Assembly: GCA_002863085.1 (NCBI GenBank)
Contig: PKDT01000033.1
Span: forward strand, 1 to 58,698
Source of the DNA: Flavobacteriales bacterium
GTDB lineage: Bacteria; Bacteroidota; Bacteroidia; Flavobacteriales; TMED113
Length of the DNA: 58,698 nucleotides
Reading direction: 5' to 3'
The notes beneath the pieces were generated by a model. The model was not told the origin of the DNA, made no database searches, and saw only the letters and a list, made by a program, of their open reading frames with translations. Position numbers and translations under genes: made by a program. Shown here in pieces: positions 29,962 through 40,636 of the stretch (position 1 is its first letter; every line of letters starts with the position of its first letter).

Positions 29962-32900
29962 ATGTTTAAAGAAAGAAAAAGTTTGAATATGTCTGAAATC
30001 TCTAAAGAGATTGGTTTGTTTTGGAAGAAAAACAACACTTTTTATAAAAGTGTAAATAACAGGCCTGATAGCAAGCGCTTTGTGTTTTTTGAGGGTCCAC
30101 CCTCTGCAAATGGAAAACCTGGAATTCACCATATTATGGCCAGGTTAATAAAAGATATATTTTGTCGCTATAAAACCCTGTCGGGCTATAGAGTTGAAAG
30201 GCGTGCTGGTTGGGACACTCATGGCTTACCTGTTGAGTTGAGCGTTGAAGCTAAATTGGGCATCACTAAAGACGATATTGGTAAAAAAGTTAGTGTTTCT
30301 CAATACAACGCTGAGTGTAAAAAAACCGTAATGCAATACACAGAGGATTGGAATAAGTTAACGGACTTAATGGGCTATTGGGTTGACACCAAAAATCCCT
30401 ATATAACATACAAAAGTAAATATATTGAGTCTGTTTGGTATTTGCTAAAAAAACTTAACGATAAAGGCTTGATTTACAAAGGATACACTATTCAGCCATA
30501 CTCTCCAGCCGCTGGGACCGGACTTAGCTCACACGAGCTTAATCAGCCGGGTTGTTATAAAGATGTAAAGGACCTTAGTGCTAACGTGATGTTTCGATTA
30601 ATAAATGGAAAAGAGCTTTCGGGACTTGATTTAGACGTTTTTCTCGTTGCATGGACAACAACCCCCTGGACTCTTTTTGCTAACTCAGCCCTAGCTGTTG
30701 GCAACAATATTGAGTATTTAATATTAAAAACTTTTAACCCTAGCAGTCTTAAGCCATGTGTTATTGTTTGTGCTAAAAACCGTGTCAACGAGTTATTTAA
30801 TGCTACAGTTTGTAAGAAAATCAAAGACCTAACTACTAATATAAAGAAGCCTTATGAATTAATTGGACGTTGCCTTGGCAAAGACCTGGTGGGTAAAAGC
30901 TATGAACAGCTATTTAAATATGTTAAACCTCTTGAGGGTATGAGTCGCGCCTTTAAAATTATTAACGCTGACTTTGTAAACACAGAAGGAGGAACAGGAA
31001 TTGTTCATATTGCGCCCACTTTTGGGGCTGATGACTTTGCTGTTGCAAAAAAAGAGGGTATTCCATCAATTTTAGTTAAAGATAAATATAATAAGCCCTC
31101 ACCTATTGTTGATCATAATGGCTGCTTTGTTGATGGTCTTGGTCCCTTTTCGGGTAGGCCTGTTAAGGCTGATTTTTTAGAAGATAACAAACAAAGCGTT
31201 GATATCGATATTGTTGTAATATTAAAGAATATGGGGCGTTGTTTTTCGTCTGAGAAGTATGAACACAGCTACCCCCATTGCTGGAGAACTGACAAACCCA
31301 TTCTGTATTACCCCCTTGACTCCTGGTTCATTAAATCAACAAAGTATAAAGACCTAATGATTAAAAAGAACCAAGAAATTAACTGGAAGCCCAAAAGTAC
31401 CGGCGAAGGTAGGTTTCAAAACTGGCTTGAAAATCTCAATGATTGGAATTTATCTAGATCTAGATTTTGGGGAATTCCACTACCAATATGGAAAAGTTCT
31501 AAATCTAATGAAACTCTCTGCGTTGGATCTGTTGAAGAGTTGAAAAACCTATGCGAACAATCCGTCAAGGATGGAAACATGTCTGAAAACCCACTAACAG
31601 ACTTTGAAATAAATAACATGGGTAATGAAAATTACGATCAAATTGATTTGCATAAAAATATTGTTGATGATATTGTTTTAAGTGACTCAAACGGACAACC
31701 AATGTATCGAGAAAAAGATGTAATTGACGTTTGGTTCGACTCTGGGGCCATGCCGTTCGCTCAATGGCACTACCCTTTTGAAAACAAGGAATTAATAGAT
31801 TCTGGGTTGGGATACCCTGCTGACTTTATAGCGGAGGGGGTGGACCAAACTCGTGGTTGGTTTTATACTCTTCACGCTATTTCTGTTATGTGTTTTGAAA
31901 GCCTTGCGTACAAAAATGTAATATCAAATGGTTTGGTTTTAGATAAGTATGGCCAAAAGATGTCCAAAAGACTCGGAAACTCTGTCGACCCATTTAAATC
32001 TATCGAAGTACATGGGGCTGACACTCTTAGATGGTATATGGTTTCAAACTCTCAACCTTGGGACAACCTAAAGTTTGATGAGGGTGGGGTTAATGAAGTT
32101 CAAAATAAATTTTTTGGAACACTACATAATACATATTCTTTTTTCGCTCTGTACTCAAACATAGACAAGTTTACCAACTCTGAGAAACCTGTCGCCTTTG
32201 ATAAGCGCCCTCAACTTGATCGATGGATATTGTCCGAACTAACCCTTTTAACTGATTCTGTCAAAAAAAACTATGAAAATTATGAGCCGACTCTTGCGTG
32301 CCGTGAAATTCAAAACTTTACCATCGAAAAACTAAGCAACTGGTATGTTCGACTTTGCAGAAGACGGTTTTGGAGAGGAGAATATGACGCTAATAAAATC
32401 TCTGCATATCAAACTCTTTATGAGTGCTTAAAAACTATTGCCATAATATCTTCGCCAATTGCTCCATTTTTTATGGAGCAACTCTTTCTTGACCTTTGCT
32501 CAGTAAGGCCCGACTTAGAAGAGAAGTCTGTCCACCTTTCTGAGTTTCCTGTGGCAAACAAAAAGTTTGTTGACCGCGACTTGGTTGACTCAATGAAGAT
32601 AACCAAAGAGGTTTGTTCTCTAGCTTTATCATTAAGAAAAAAACAAAAAATTAGAGTTCGGCAGCCCCTTAAGTCCCTTACTGTATGTATAAATAATTTA
32701 AAAAAGTCAAAGCCGCTTGTTGAAATTATTATGAGCGAGTTAAATGTAAAGAGTGTTATACTTGCCCAAAATACTAATGATGTTGTTGAAAAAAAACTAA
32801 GTGTTAATTTTCCTGTTTTAGGCAAAAAGCATGGTAAAAGGGTTAAAAGAATCGTAGAAATTGTAAACAGCTTTAACAAAGACGATATTAATCTATTTGA

Positions 32901-33318
32901 AAAACAAAATAAAATTTCTGTAGATGTTGATGGTTGTAGGGTTTTGCTTGAAAAAGATGACTTAATTGTAAATATAAACGATATTCCTGGACAATTAACA
33001 GCTGCTAAAGATGGTGTTTTAGTTTCTCTTAACACCAAAATATCTAAAGAATTGTTAGAAGAGGGTTTTGCTCGGGAGTTTATAAACAAAGTACAAAATA
33101 TTAGAAAGGATTCTGGCTTTTCAGTAACTGATAAGGTTAATGTTGTGATTTCGGGAAATACTGATGCATTAAACATTATAAAAAAACACGAAAACTACAT
33201 ATCTCCTGAAATACTTTCACAGTCTATTGTTAATGGTGATGTTGAGGCAAAAAACTCTAGTCTTTTTGATTTTAATAATTATAAAATGTATATTGCTTTG
33301 AGTGTAAACAATAGTTAA
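29962..33318 (+). CDS. ileS: Isoleucine--tRNA ligase (long type-2 form)
   Basis: 1118 aa with a HIGH-type motif PGIHHIMARL, KMSKRLGN and WTTTPWT in the editing-domain region. Confidence 0.95.
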   Translation: MFKERKSLNMSEISKEIGLFWKKNNTFYKSVNNRPDSKRFVFFEGPPSANGKPGIHHIMARLIKDIFCRYKTLSGYRVERRAGWDTHGLPVELSVEAKLGITKDDIGKKVSVSQYNAECKKTVMQYTEDWNKLTDLMGYWVDTKNPYITYKSKYIESVWYLLKKLNDKGLIYKGYTIQPYSPAAGTGLSSHELNQPGCYKDVKDLSANVMFRLINGKELSGLDLDVFLVAWTTTPWTLFANSALAVGNNIEYLILKTFNPSSLKPCVIVCAKNRVNELFNATVCKKIKDLTTNIKKPYELIGRCLGKDLVGKSYEQLFKYVKPLEGMSRAFKIINADFVNTEGGTGIVHIAPTFGADDFAVAKKEGIPSILVKDKYNKPSPIVDHNGCFVDGLGPFSGRPVKADFLEDNKQSVDIDIVVILKNMGRCFSSEKYEHSYPHCWRTDKPILYYPLDSWFIKSTKYKDLMIKKNQEINWKPKSTGEGRFQNWLENLNDWNLSRSRFWGIPLPIWKSSKSNETLCVGSVEELKNLCEQSVKDGNMSENPLTDFEINNMGNENYDQIDLHKNIVDDIVLSDSNGQPMYREKDVIDVWFDSGAMPFAQWHYPFENKELIDSGLGYPADFIAEGVDQTRGWFYTLHAISVMCFESLAYKNVISNGLVLDKYGQKMSKRLGNSVDPFKSIEVHGADTLRWYMVSNSQPWDNLKFDEGGVNEVQNKFFGTLHNTYSFFALYSNIDKFTNSEKPVAFDKRPQLDRWILSELTLLTDSVKKNYENYEPTLACREIQNFTIEKLSNWYVRLCRRRFWRGEYDANKISAYQTLYECLKTIAIISSPIAPFFMEQLFLDLCSVRPDLEEKSVHLSEFPVANKKFVDRDLVDSMKITKEVCSLALSLRKKQKIRVRQPLKSLTVCINNLKKSKPLVEIIMSELNVKSVILAQNTNDVVEKKLSVNFPVLGKKHGKRVKRIVEIVNSFNKDDINLFEKQNKISVDVDGCRVLLEKDDLIVNINDIPGQLTAAKDGVLVSLNTKISKELLEEGFAREFINKVQNIRKDSGFSVTDKVNVVISGNTDALNIIKKHENYISPEILSQSIVNGDVEAKNSSLFDFNNYKMYIALSVNNS

Positions 33319-33328
33319 ATCGAAATGT

Positions 33329-33712
33329 ATGAAAAAAGGTGTTTCCAAAAGATACTCTGACAAAGAGTTGTCAAATTTTAAAGAAATTATTGTTAAAAAG
33401 ATTGAAACCGCACAAGCCGATTTAAAACTTTTAAAAGACTCATATAGTAATGCATCTTCTAACGGAACTGACGACACCTATTCGTCATTCAAATCTTTTG
33501 AAGAGGGGTCTGAAACATTATCAAAAGAGTCCAATACATTATTAGCTTCTAGGCAAGAAAAGTTTATCCGAGACTTAAAAAATGCGCTTATTCGTATTGA
33601 AAACAAAACCTATGGTATTTGTCGTGAAACTGGAAAACTTATTTCAAAAAAACGACTATTACTAGTTCCTCACGCAACACTCAGTATTGAGGCAAAAAAC
33701 AAATCTAAATAG
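33329..33712 (+). CDS. DksA/TraR-family zinc-finger protein
   Basis: 127 aa with a coiled-coil N-terminal part and C-terminal YGICRETGKLISKKRLLLVPHATLSIEAK. It is in the conserved ileS-dksA-lspA order. Confidence 0.7.
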   Translation: MKKGVSKRYSDKELSNFKEIIVKKIETAQADLKLLKDSYSNASSNGTDDTYSSFKSFEEGSETLSKESNTLLASRQEKFIRDLKNALIRIENKTYGICRETGKLISKKRLLLVPHATLSIEAKNKSK

Positions 33713-34283
33713 CCCCTTGAAGGAAACGAATAAACTTTTGTTGTGGGTATTTATTTTTGTTCTTGTAGCGGTTGATCAACTTTCAAAATTTTTAACCAAA
33801 TCAAATCTTGAGCTTGGTGAATCAATATCTATTTTGCCCTGGTTCAAAATATTTTTCATTGAAAATAACGGTTTTGCTTTTGGTTTAGAAATTTTTGGAA
33901 AATACGGTAAATTAGCGCTAACGCTTACTCGGATTTTTTTCGTCTCATTTTTGATTTTTTGGTTTAGCAGGTTGTTAAAATACAAAAACATCAATAGTAT
34001 GTTGGTTTTGTCTTTCTGCCTCGTTATTTCTGGAGCTATAGGTAATATTGTTGATAGTGTTTTTTACGGACATATATACGGTTATGCTCCCATTTTTTAT
34101 GGAAAGGTTGTTGATATGCTGTACTTTCCTATATTAGAAACAGCTTTTCCTTCATGGATTCCCTTTTTAGGTGGAAATAAGTTCAGTTTTTTTAAATACG
34201 TATTTAATTTGGCTGATAGTTACATAACGGTTGGAGCCTTTATTTTGTTTTTTTCTTATAAGTATATTCCGTCCAAATTATAG
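33687..34283 (+). CDS. lspA: Lipoprotein signal peptidase (signal peptidase II)
   Basis: Four TM segments, DQLSK, NNGFAFG and FNLADS motifs. The start is uncertain: TTG 33687 overlaps the upstream gene, and TTG 33717 is an alternative. Confidence 0.85.
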   Translation: MRQKTNLNSPLKETNKLLLWVFIFVLVAVDQLSKFLTKSNLELGESISILPWFKIFFIENNGFAFGLEIFGKYGKLALTLTRIFFVSFLIFWFSRLLKYKNINSMLVLSFCLVISGAIGNIVDSVFYGHIYGYAPIFYGKVVDMLYFPILETAFPSWIPFLGGNKFSFFKYVFNLADSYITVGAFILFFSYKYIPSKL

Positions 34284-34301
34284 TTTTTTCTATTTGTTCT
34301 T

Positions 34302-34309
34302 TATATTTG
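34302..34309 (+). promoter_or_regulatory. Candidate -7 promoter box (TATATTTG) for hppA
   Basis: Matches TAnnTTTG and lies 20 nt upstream of ATG 34329. Confidence 0.3.
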
Positions 34310-34328
34310 CGCAAAATATATATAAAAT

Positions 34329-36548
34329 ATGGATTTACTTAATAACAACTTAGTTTTTATTGCCCCAATTTTAGGGGTAATCGGTTTAATTTTTATGTTT
34401 ATAAAGTCTGCGTGGGTGTCCAAGCAGGACCCTGGAGACAAAAAAATGGTTGAGCTTTCTGGACATATTGCCAAAGGGGCAATGGCGTTTCTTGTTGCTG
34501 AATGGAAGGTTTTAGCTATTTTTTCTGTCATAGCAGCGGGTTTATTAGCATGGTCTGGAACTCTTGTTGAAACCTCTACGCCCTATATTGCAGTATCGTT
34601 TTTAATCGGTGCTGTTTTCTCCGCTTTAGCTGGATATTTTGGAATGAATATAGCAACAAAGGCAAACGTCCGAACCACACAAGCAGCTAGAAATAGTTTG
34701 GCTAAGGCATTAAAAGTTTCATTTGTTGGTGGAACAGTAATGGGTCTTGGTGTCGCTGGGTTAGCTGTTTTTGGTCTTGGTAGTTTGTTTATTTTATTTA
34801 ACCACATGTACAGCGCATCGGTTGGAGGGTTTGTTGATTTGCATAATATGGAAATTGCTTTAGAAGTTTTAGCTGGTTTTTCGTTAGGTGCGGAATCTAT
34901 TGCTTTGTTTGCCCGTGTTGGTGGTGGTATATACACTAAAGCTGCGGATGTCGGTGCTGACCTTGTTGGAAAAGTTGAAGCTGGTATTCCTGAAGACGAC
35001 CCTCGTAATCCTGCTACAATTGCTGATAACGTAGGAGACAACGTAGGAGATGTTGCGGGTATGGGTGCTGATTTATTTGGTTCTTATGTAGCAACGATTC
35101 TTGCAACTATGGTGCTAGGAAGAGAGGTTGTTGTTGGTACTGCAAATTCTGAGGGGATGTATGAGTCAATGCCGTTCATTTTGCTACCAATGATTATTGC
35201 TGGTTTAGGTTTAATTTTTTCAATTATTGGCGCTGCTTTTGTAAAAATTAAAAATGAAAATGGGTCCGTTCAAGGTGCATTAAATATTGGTAACTGGCTG
35301 TCAATTGTGCTTACGCTTGTTGCTTCTTACTTTTTAATCGAGTCCTTAATTCCATCATCCGAAATATCAATTCGTGGAGACTCTTTTACCAAATCAGGAA
35401 TTTTTTGGGCTGTGTTCACGGGTTTGGTTGTTGGTGGACTAATGTCTATAATAACCGAATATTACACATCTATGGGTAAAAGACCTGTTAACTCAATTAT
35501 AAAACAATCTTCGACGGGGCATGCAACTAATATTATTGGGGGTTTAGCTGTTGGAATGGAATCAACCGTCCTTCCAATAATCATTCTTGCTGCAGGGATT
35601 TTTGTTTCATTTCTTTGTGCAGGACTTTACGGAGTAGCAATAGCTGCTGCGGGTATGATGGCAACTACAGCAATGCAGTTAGCAATTGATGCCTTTGGGC
35701 CTATTGCTGACAATGCGGGTGGAATTGCAGAGATGAGTGGGCTACCTAATGAGGTAAGAGAAAGAACCGATAACCTTGATGCCGTTGGAAACACTACCGC
35801 AGCTGCAGGTAAAGGTTTTGCTATAGCTTCTGCTGCTCTAACTGCTCTTGCTCTTTTTGCTGCTTTTGTTGGTTTAGCTGGTATAGACTCAATTGATATT
35901 TATAAAGCTGACGTTCTTGCTGGTCTATTTGTTGGTGCTATGATTCCATTTATATTTTCTTCTCTTGCAATTGCTGCAGTAGGACGAGCTGCGATGGATA
36001 TGGTAAAAGAGGTACGTAGACAGTTCAAAGAAATTCCTGGAATAATGGAAGGAAAAGCTACTCCTGAATATGAAAAATGTGTTGAAATTTCTACAAATGC
36101 ATCTATACGTGAAATGTTGCTACCTGGTGCAATACCTTTAGTGGTACCCGTGTTTGTTGGTTTTGTTTTTGGTCCTGAAGTTTTAGGGGGATTATTGGCT
36201 GGTGTTACTGTATCTGGAGTACTAATGGGTATTTTTCAAAACAATGCTGGTGGTGCTTGGGATAATGCAAAAAAAGCAATTGAAGCAAGCGGTGAAAAGG
36301 GGTCTGAATCACACAAGGCGTCTGTTACTGGAGATACAGTAGGAGATCCGTTTAAAGACACATCTGGTCCGTCCATGAATATATTAATTAAATTAATGAG
36401 TATTGTAGCATTAGTTATTGCTCCACACATAAAAGTGGATAAAGAAACTACAAAAAACCACTCTGATTTGTTTGAATCAAATCAAAGCCTGGTGATTGAA
36501 AAAAGTTTTAATGAAAAGGTTGATGACACTACCCTTTATACAAATTAA
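34329..36548 (+). CDS. hppA: Membrane-bound ion-translocating pyrophosphatase, K+-dependent subfamily
   Basis: 739 aa and polytopic, with [29 protein letters not shown] and [13 protein letters not shown]. Ala rather than Lys in the GNTT(A/K) motif marks K+-dependent enzymes. Confidence 0.95.
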   Translation: MDLLNNNLVFIAPILGVIGLIFMFIKSAWVSKQDPGDKKMVELSGHIAKGAMAFLVAEWKVLAIFSVIAAGLLAWSGTLVETSTPYIAVSFLIGAVFSALAGYFGMNIATKANVRTTQAARNSLAKALKVSFVGGTVMGLGVAGLAVFGLGSLFILFNHMYSASVGGFVDLHNMEIALEVLAGFSLGAESIALFARVGGGIYTKAADVGADLVGKVEAGIPEDDPRNPATIADNVGDNVGDVAGMGADLFGSYVATILATMVLGREVVVGTANSEGMYESMPFILLPMIIAGLGLIFSIIGAAFVKIKNENGSVQGALNIGNWLSIVLTLVASYFLIESLIPSSEISIRGDSFTKSGIFWAVFTGLVVGGLMSIITEYYTSMGKRPVNSIIKQSSTGHATNIIGGLAVGMESTVLPIIILAAGIFVSFLCAGLYGVAIAAAGMMATTAMQLAIDAFGPIADNAGGIAEMSGLPNEVRERTDNLDAVGNTTAAAGKGFAIASAALTALALFAAFVGLAGIDSIDIYKADVLAGLFVGAMIPFIFSSLAIAAVGRAAMDMVKEVRRQFKEIPGIMEGKATPEYEKCVEISTNASIREMLLPGAIPLVVPVFVGFVFGPEVLGGLLAGVTVSGVLMGIFQNNAGGAWDNAKKAIEASGEKGSESHKASVTGDTVGDPFKDTSGPSMNILIKLMSIVALVIAPHIKVDKETTKNHSDLFESNQSLVIEKSFNEKVDDTTLYTN

Positions 36549-37512
36549 TTAAATACTCTAATATTTGAACAGCATTTGTTGCTGCCCCCTTTCTGAGGGG
36601 GTCAGCAACTATCCATAAATTAAAGCTGTTTTTTTTTGAATAATCCTTTCTTATTCTAGATACAAAAACCTTATCACTTCCTTTCGCATCTATTGGTGTC
36701 ATGTAATTTTTACCTGTTTGAACAACAACCCCACTTTCTTTGGAAAGCAATTTTATAAGTATGTCTAAATCTATATCGCGCAATAATTCCATATTTACAC
36801 TCTCAGAATGTGCTGCTGTTGTTGGTATTCTTACTGCTGTTGAAGTTATTCTAATCTTAGAATTAAATATTTTATTAGTCTCATTAATTATTTTTTCTTC
36901 CTCTTTTGTATAAAAGTTTTCTAAAAACTCATCACACTGAGGTATAACATTATTGAATATGTTTTTTGGATATACTTTTTTTATTGAAGATTCTTTGTTT
37001 TGTTCATTTTTTAACTGTTCTAATCCCATTTTTCCGGAACCTGAAACTGATTGATAGGTCGACACCACTAACCTTTTGATTCCTATCTGTTTTTGCACTT
37101 CATGTAATGGTAAAACTAGTTGGATTGTTGAACAGTTAGGATTTGAAATAATTTTATCATTTTTTGTTAGTAATGAACCGTTTATTTCTGGCACTATTAA
37201 ATTTATTTCTTTATTCATCCTAAAAGCAGATGAATTATCAATCACAACAGACCCTATTTTTTTAAATTCTTTTGCATATTTTTTTGCAACTTCTGATCCT
37301 GCTGAAAACAATACGTATTTTGGTTTTTTTTTGATTGCTTCATTTACATTAACAACAGGGTGTTCTTTGTTATAAAAACTTATTTTTCTTTTTGTTTTAT
37401 TGTGACTAGCTACAAAAATTATTTCACTTTTCGAAAAGTGATCTCTTTCTTGTAAAACTTTAATAATTTCTCTTCCTACTAGTCCAGTTGCACCAATAAT
37501 TGCTATATCCAT
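36529..37512 (-). CDS. asd: Aspartate-semialdehyde dehydrogenase
   Basis: MDIAIIGATGLVGRE (NAD(P)-binding), NPNCSTIQL (catalytic Cys) and SVSGSG. Confidence 0.9.
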   Translation of the reverse strand: MDIAIIGATGLVGREIIKVLQERDHFSKSEIIFVASHNKTKRKISFYNKEHPVVNVNEAIKKKPKYVLFSAGSEVAKKYAKEFKKIGSVVIDNSSAFRMNKEINLIVPEINGSLLTKNDKIISNPNCSTIQLVLPLHEVQKQIGIKRLVVSTYQSVSGSGKMGLEQLKNEQNKESSIKKVYPKNIFNNVIPQCDEFLENFYTKEEEKIINETNKIFNSKIRITSTAVRIPTTAAHSESVNMELLRDIDLDILIKLLSKESGVVVQTGKNYMTPIDAKGSDKVFVSRIRKDYSKKNSFNLWIVADPLRKGAATNAVQILEYLINLYKG

Positions 37513-37557
37513 AATATGATTTGTATTATTTTTATAGAAATTTAATATTTTATATTA

Positions 37558-39294
37558 ATGTTAGAAAAAAGTTTGCTTTTAAAAGCTAAAAATATTCCTA
37601 ATACTTTTGGTATTTATATGTTTATTGATATTAACAAGTCTCCTATTTATGTTGGAAAATCTAACAACTTAAAAACAAGAGTTTTATCTTATTTTAAAAA
37701 AAAAACTGAAAAAGATGAATTAATAATTAAAAATGCCCACAACATAGACTATGTTTTAGTTAATAATGAAAATGATGCATTTTTACTTGAAAATAATTTA
37801 ATAAAAAAATATCAACCTAAATATAATATATTATTAAAAGATGATAAAAACTACCCTTGGCTTTGTATAACAAATGAAAGATTTCCAAGACTATTAATAG
37901 TTAGAAAAAAACAAGAAAATAAGAATATTTATTTTGGTCCCTACTTATCAAAAAAACATCTACAAAATCTTTATAGTTTTATTGTTTCTTATTACCCTAT
38001 TAGATCTTGTAAGTTTGATCTATCTAAAGAAAATATTAAGAACAAAAAATACAAAGTATGTTTGGATTATCATTTGAAAAAGTGTGATGGTCCCTGTGAA
38101 GGTCTTCAAAAAGAAATGGATTATAATAAGAATATTAACTCTATCAAAAATTTACTAAACGGTAAATACTCAAAGGTTATAAAAGAGTTAGAAAAAAAAC
38201 TTTCTCTTTTTTCAAATAAACTTTTATTTGAAAAAGCAGAGGAAGTAAAAAATCAAATTTTTTCATTAAATAAACTTAAACATAAAAGTATAATTGTATC
38301 TCCAAAAAATGTTAATATTGATAGCTTTTATATTATTGAAGATGACAAATTTTATTATGTTAATTTTATAAGAGTTATTGAGGGCTCTATTATATTTCTA
38401 AAAAATCTACGAATAAAAAATATAAATTTTTGGAGTTTAGATTTTATATTTTATACTGTGCTTTCTAAATTTTACGTAGATTTAGGTTCTCTTTCAAAAG
38501 ATATAATATCAAATATTAATTATACTTTTCGTGGTAAACCTATCTCCAATCCTAAAGTTGGATACAAAAAAGAAATATTAAACCTTGGTTTAAGAAATCT
38601 AAATAATTACATAAATAAAAAATACAATAATAAACACAATAACATTGTTGATTTAAAGAAAGATCTTAAACTAAAAAATATACCATTTGTAATTGAATGT
38701 TTTGATATTTCACATCTAAAAGGAAAATATACTATTGGTTCTTGTGTTGTTTTTAAAAATGGTAAACCTTCTAAAAAAGATTACAGATTTTACAATATAA
38801 AATCTTTTGAAGGGATAAACGATTATTTAGCAATTGAAGAAGTTCTTAATAGAAGATATATTAAATTAAAAAAACTTCCTGACTTAATAGTAATTGACGG
38901 TGGAAAAGGTCAATTATCATCCGCTAAAAAAGTTATAAATAAATTAAAAATAAAAAAATTAGAATTTCTTAGTATTGCTAAGAAAGAAGAAATTATATAT
39001 AAAGAAAATGGTACAGAAATAATATTAGATAAAAAATCTAAGTCTCTAAAATTAATACAACAATTAAGGGACGAAGCTCATCGCTTTTGTTTAAAAAATC
39101 ATAGAAAAAAAAGAGAAAAATCTTTTATTAAAACCGAACTTGACTCTGTTCCTGGAATTGGACATCTTACTGTAAAAAAGCTTCTTAAACAATTTAAGTC
39201 TACTCAAAAAATGAGAATGTTGGATAAAGAAGACCTAATATCATTTATAGGAAAATCAAAAGGATTGAAAGTTTATGAATATTTAAGAAAATAA
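37558..39294 (+). CDS. uvrC: Excinuclease ABC subunit C
   Basis: GIY-YIG N-terminus (GIYMFID...IYVGKSNNLKTRVLSYF...NNLIKKYQPKYN), the Cys-rich CDGPC region, FDISH in the endonuclease V-like domain and a C-terminal HhH (VPGIGHLTVKKLL). It is very AT-rich. Confidence 0.9.
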   Translation: MLEKSLLLKAKNIPNTFGIYMFIDINKSPIYVGKSNNLKTRVLSYFKKKTEKDELIIKNAHNIDYVLVNNENDAFLLENNLIKKYQPKYNILLKDDKNYPWLCITNERFPRLLIVRKKQENKNIYFGPYLSKKHLQNLYSFIVSYYPIRSCKFDLSKENIKNKKYKVCLDYHLKKCDGPCEGLQKEMDYNKNINSIKNLLNGKYSKVIKELEKKLSLFSNKLLFEKAEEVKNQIFSLNKLKHKSIIVSPKNVNIDSFYIIEDDKFYYVNFIRVIEGSIIFLKNLRIKNINFWSLDFIFYTVLSKFYVDLGSLSKDIISNINYTFRGKPISNPKVGYKKEILNLGLRNLNNYINKKYNNKHNNIVDLKKDLKLKNIPFVIECFDISHLKGKYTIGSCVVFKNGKPSKKDYRFYNIKSFEGINDYLAIEEVLNRRYIKLKKLPDLIVIDGGKGQLSSAKKVINKLKIKKLEFLSIAKKEEIIYKENGTEIILDKKSKSLKLIQQLRDEAHRFCLKNHRKKREKSFIKTELDSVPGIGHLTVKKLLKQFKSTQKMRMLDKEDLISFIGKSKGLKVYEYLRK

Positions 39295-39314
39295 TGTTAA
39301 TAAAATGTTAATAA
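39293..39314. repeat. Perfect tandem duplication of AATGTTAATAA
   Basis: Read directly at the uvrC stop. A further ATGTTAATAA copy lies near 39436. Confidence 0.8.
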
Positions 39315-39370
39315 TCTTAAAATTGATTAACAATACAATTTATTTATTTTTTTTTTTAAATTTTATTAAA

Positions 39371-39396
39371 ATAATGTTGGTATTTATCAACATTAT
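39371..39396. terminator. Hairpin ATAATGTTG-(8 nt)-CAACATTAT between the convergent uvrC and beta-helix genes
   Basis: Perfect 9-bp inverted repeat flanked by A/T runs on both sides, so it could act bidirectionally. The AT-rich stem makes it weak. Confidence 0.35.
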
Positions 39397-39556
39397 AAAA
39401 ATATTATTTAATAACAATTCATATTAATTATAGTGATGTTAATAAACTTAATAAAATCATATAGTATTGTAAATAAGTTGTTTAAAATTATTAATAAATA
39501 AAAAAAACAATATATTTTATATAATATTATTATATAAACTAACAATACTATTATTA

Positions 39557-40636
39557 TTAGTTTATATATTTTAAATATTTATAATAATATATCTTTGTTA
39601 AATTTGCTCCTATGTTTTTGTTATTGGTTCCAAATCTTATTGCTGGTGAATTTTTTAAAAGATCAAAATCATAAGTATTTTTGTTTTTAAAAACTTCTTT
39701 AGAATTTAAATTATAAAAACCAGTCAAATTAAAATTATCAGAAAGACAATAACTATTATTAATATTTATGTTTGTTAAATTAAATAATTCTTTGTTTTCA
39801 CTGAAAATATTATTTTTTGAAATAATAACTTCATCACTAATTTTATTCAAATTAATATAAATTAATAATTCATTTTTGTAAAAAGTGTTGTTAAGTATAT
39901 AAGTACTATTGCTAAAATAATTTGATTGCATAAATTTTTTATTTTCAATTATCAAATTGTTATATATATTTATATTTTTAATATTATCTAATAGTTTAAT
40001 ACATATACTATTTTTTTCAAATATGTTATTTAAAAAATTAATATTTTTTGTGTTTTTTATAATAAAGACATCATTATTTTTATAAAAATAGTTGTTATTA
40101 AAAATGACGTTTTCGGATTGAATAATTTTTAATTTTGTATTATTTGTTAAAAAACAATTAGTTGTTTTTATTGAACCTTTTGTTATTTCTAATACAGAAT
40201 TATTAAAGTCATTATTATTTAACTTTAAATTTCCATTATTTGAGATAAACTTTAAATTTTTAAATTTTGAATTGTAAATACTAATAATACTATTATTTAT
40301 AATAAAGGATCCCCTCTTATTCCCAATAAAAACAACTGATTTTATATTTTCTAATGTGTCATTTTTTATAGAATATTGGCTATATTTTTTAGAATTTTCA
40401 CCTACTTTAAATATTCCATTATTTATTATAATTCCATTTTTATTAAATTTAATTTCAGATTTTCCAGAGATTATTAATGTTTTATTTTTTGGAATAACTA
40501 AACTATCATCTATTAATATTTTTTTATTTTGATAATCTAAATATGATTCATTATTAAAACTATTATTATTAATTTTTATATAATTATTACAACTTATTGT
40601 AATTAGTAAAAAAAAATATATATAAGATGGTTTCAT
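39557..40636 (-). CDS. Lipoprotein with right-handed parallel beta-helix-like repeats (N/I/K-rich)
   Basis: Lipobox LLITISC. There are many roughly 22-aa repeats of the form NNxFxxNxxxIxI (NNNYFYKNNDVFII, NFLNNIFEKNSICI, NIYNNLIIENKKF, ILNNTFYKNELLIY, ISKNNIFSEN). Confidence 0.5.
   Translation of the reverse strand: MKPSYIYFFLLITISCNNYIKINNNSFNNESYLDYQNKKILIDDSLVIPKNKTLIISGKSEIKFNKNGIIINNGIFKVGENSKKYSQYSIKNDTLENIKSVVFIGNKRGSFIINNSIISIYNSKFKNLKFISNNGNLKLNNNDFNNSVLEITKGSIKTTNCFLTNNTKLKIIQSENVIFNNNYFYKNNDVFIIKNTKNINFLNNIFEKNSICIKLLDNIKNINIYNNLIIENKKFMQSNYFSNSTYILNNTFYKNELLIYINLNKISDEVIISKNNIFSENKELFNLTNININNSYCLSDNFNLTGFYNLNSKEVFKNKNTYDFDLLKNSPAIRFGTNNKNIGANLTKIYYYKYLKYIN

Noticed and set aside
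32418-33176. A 252-aa antisense ORF inside ileS, and similar long antisense or alternative-frame ORFs (34583-35041 in hppA, 48185-48652 in the ALDH gene, 27598-28002 in the SDR gene, 12406-12747 in sdhB, 1936-2268 in scoB, 17223-17558 in sufC).
   Set aside because: All lie entirely within well-supported conserved genes on the other strand. They have low-complexity S/L/F/K-rich translations and no recognisable motifs. They look like stop-poor shadow frames rather than genes.
39295-39556. The AT-rich spacer with repeated ATGTTAATAA motifs, considered as a CRISPR array, a small RNA gene or a MITE.
   Set aside because: The repeats are only 10-11 nt, are not regularly spaced with unique spacers, and have no terminal inverted repeats flanked by duplications. 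No conserved RNA structure is recognisable, and this composition makes such matches likely.
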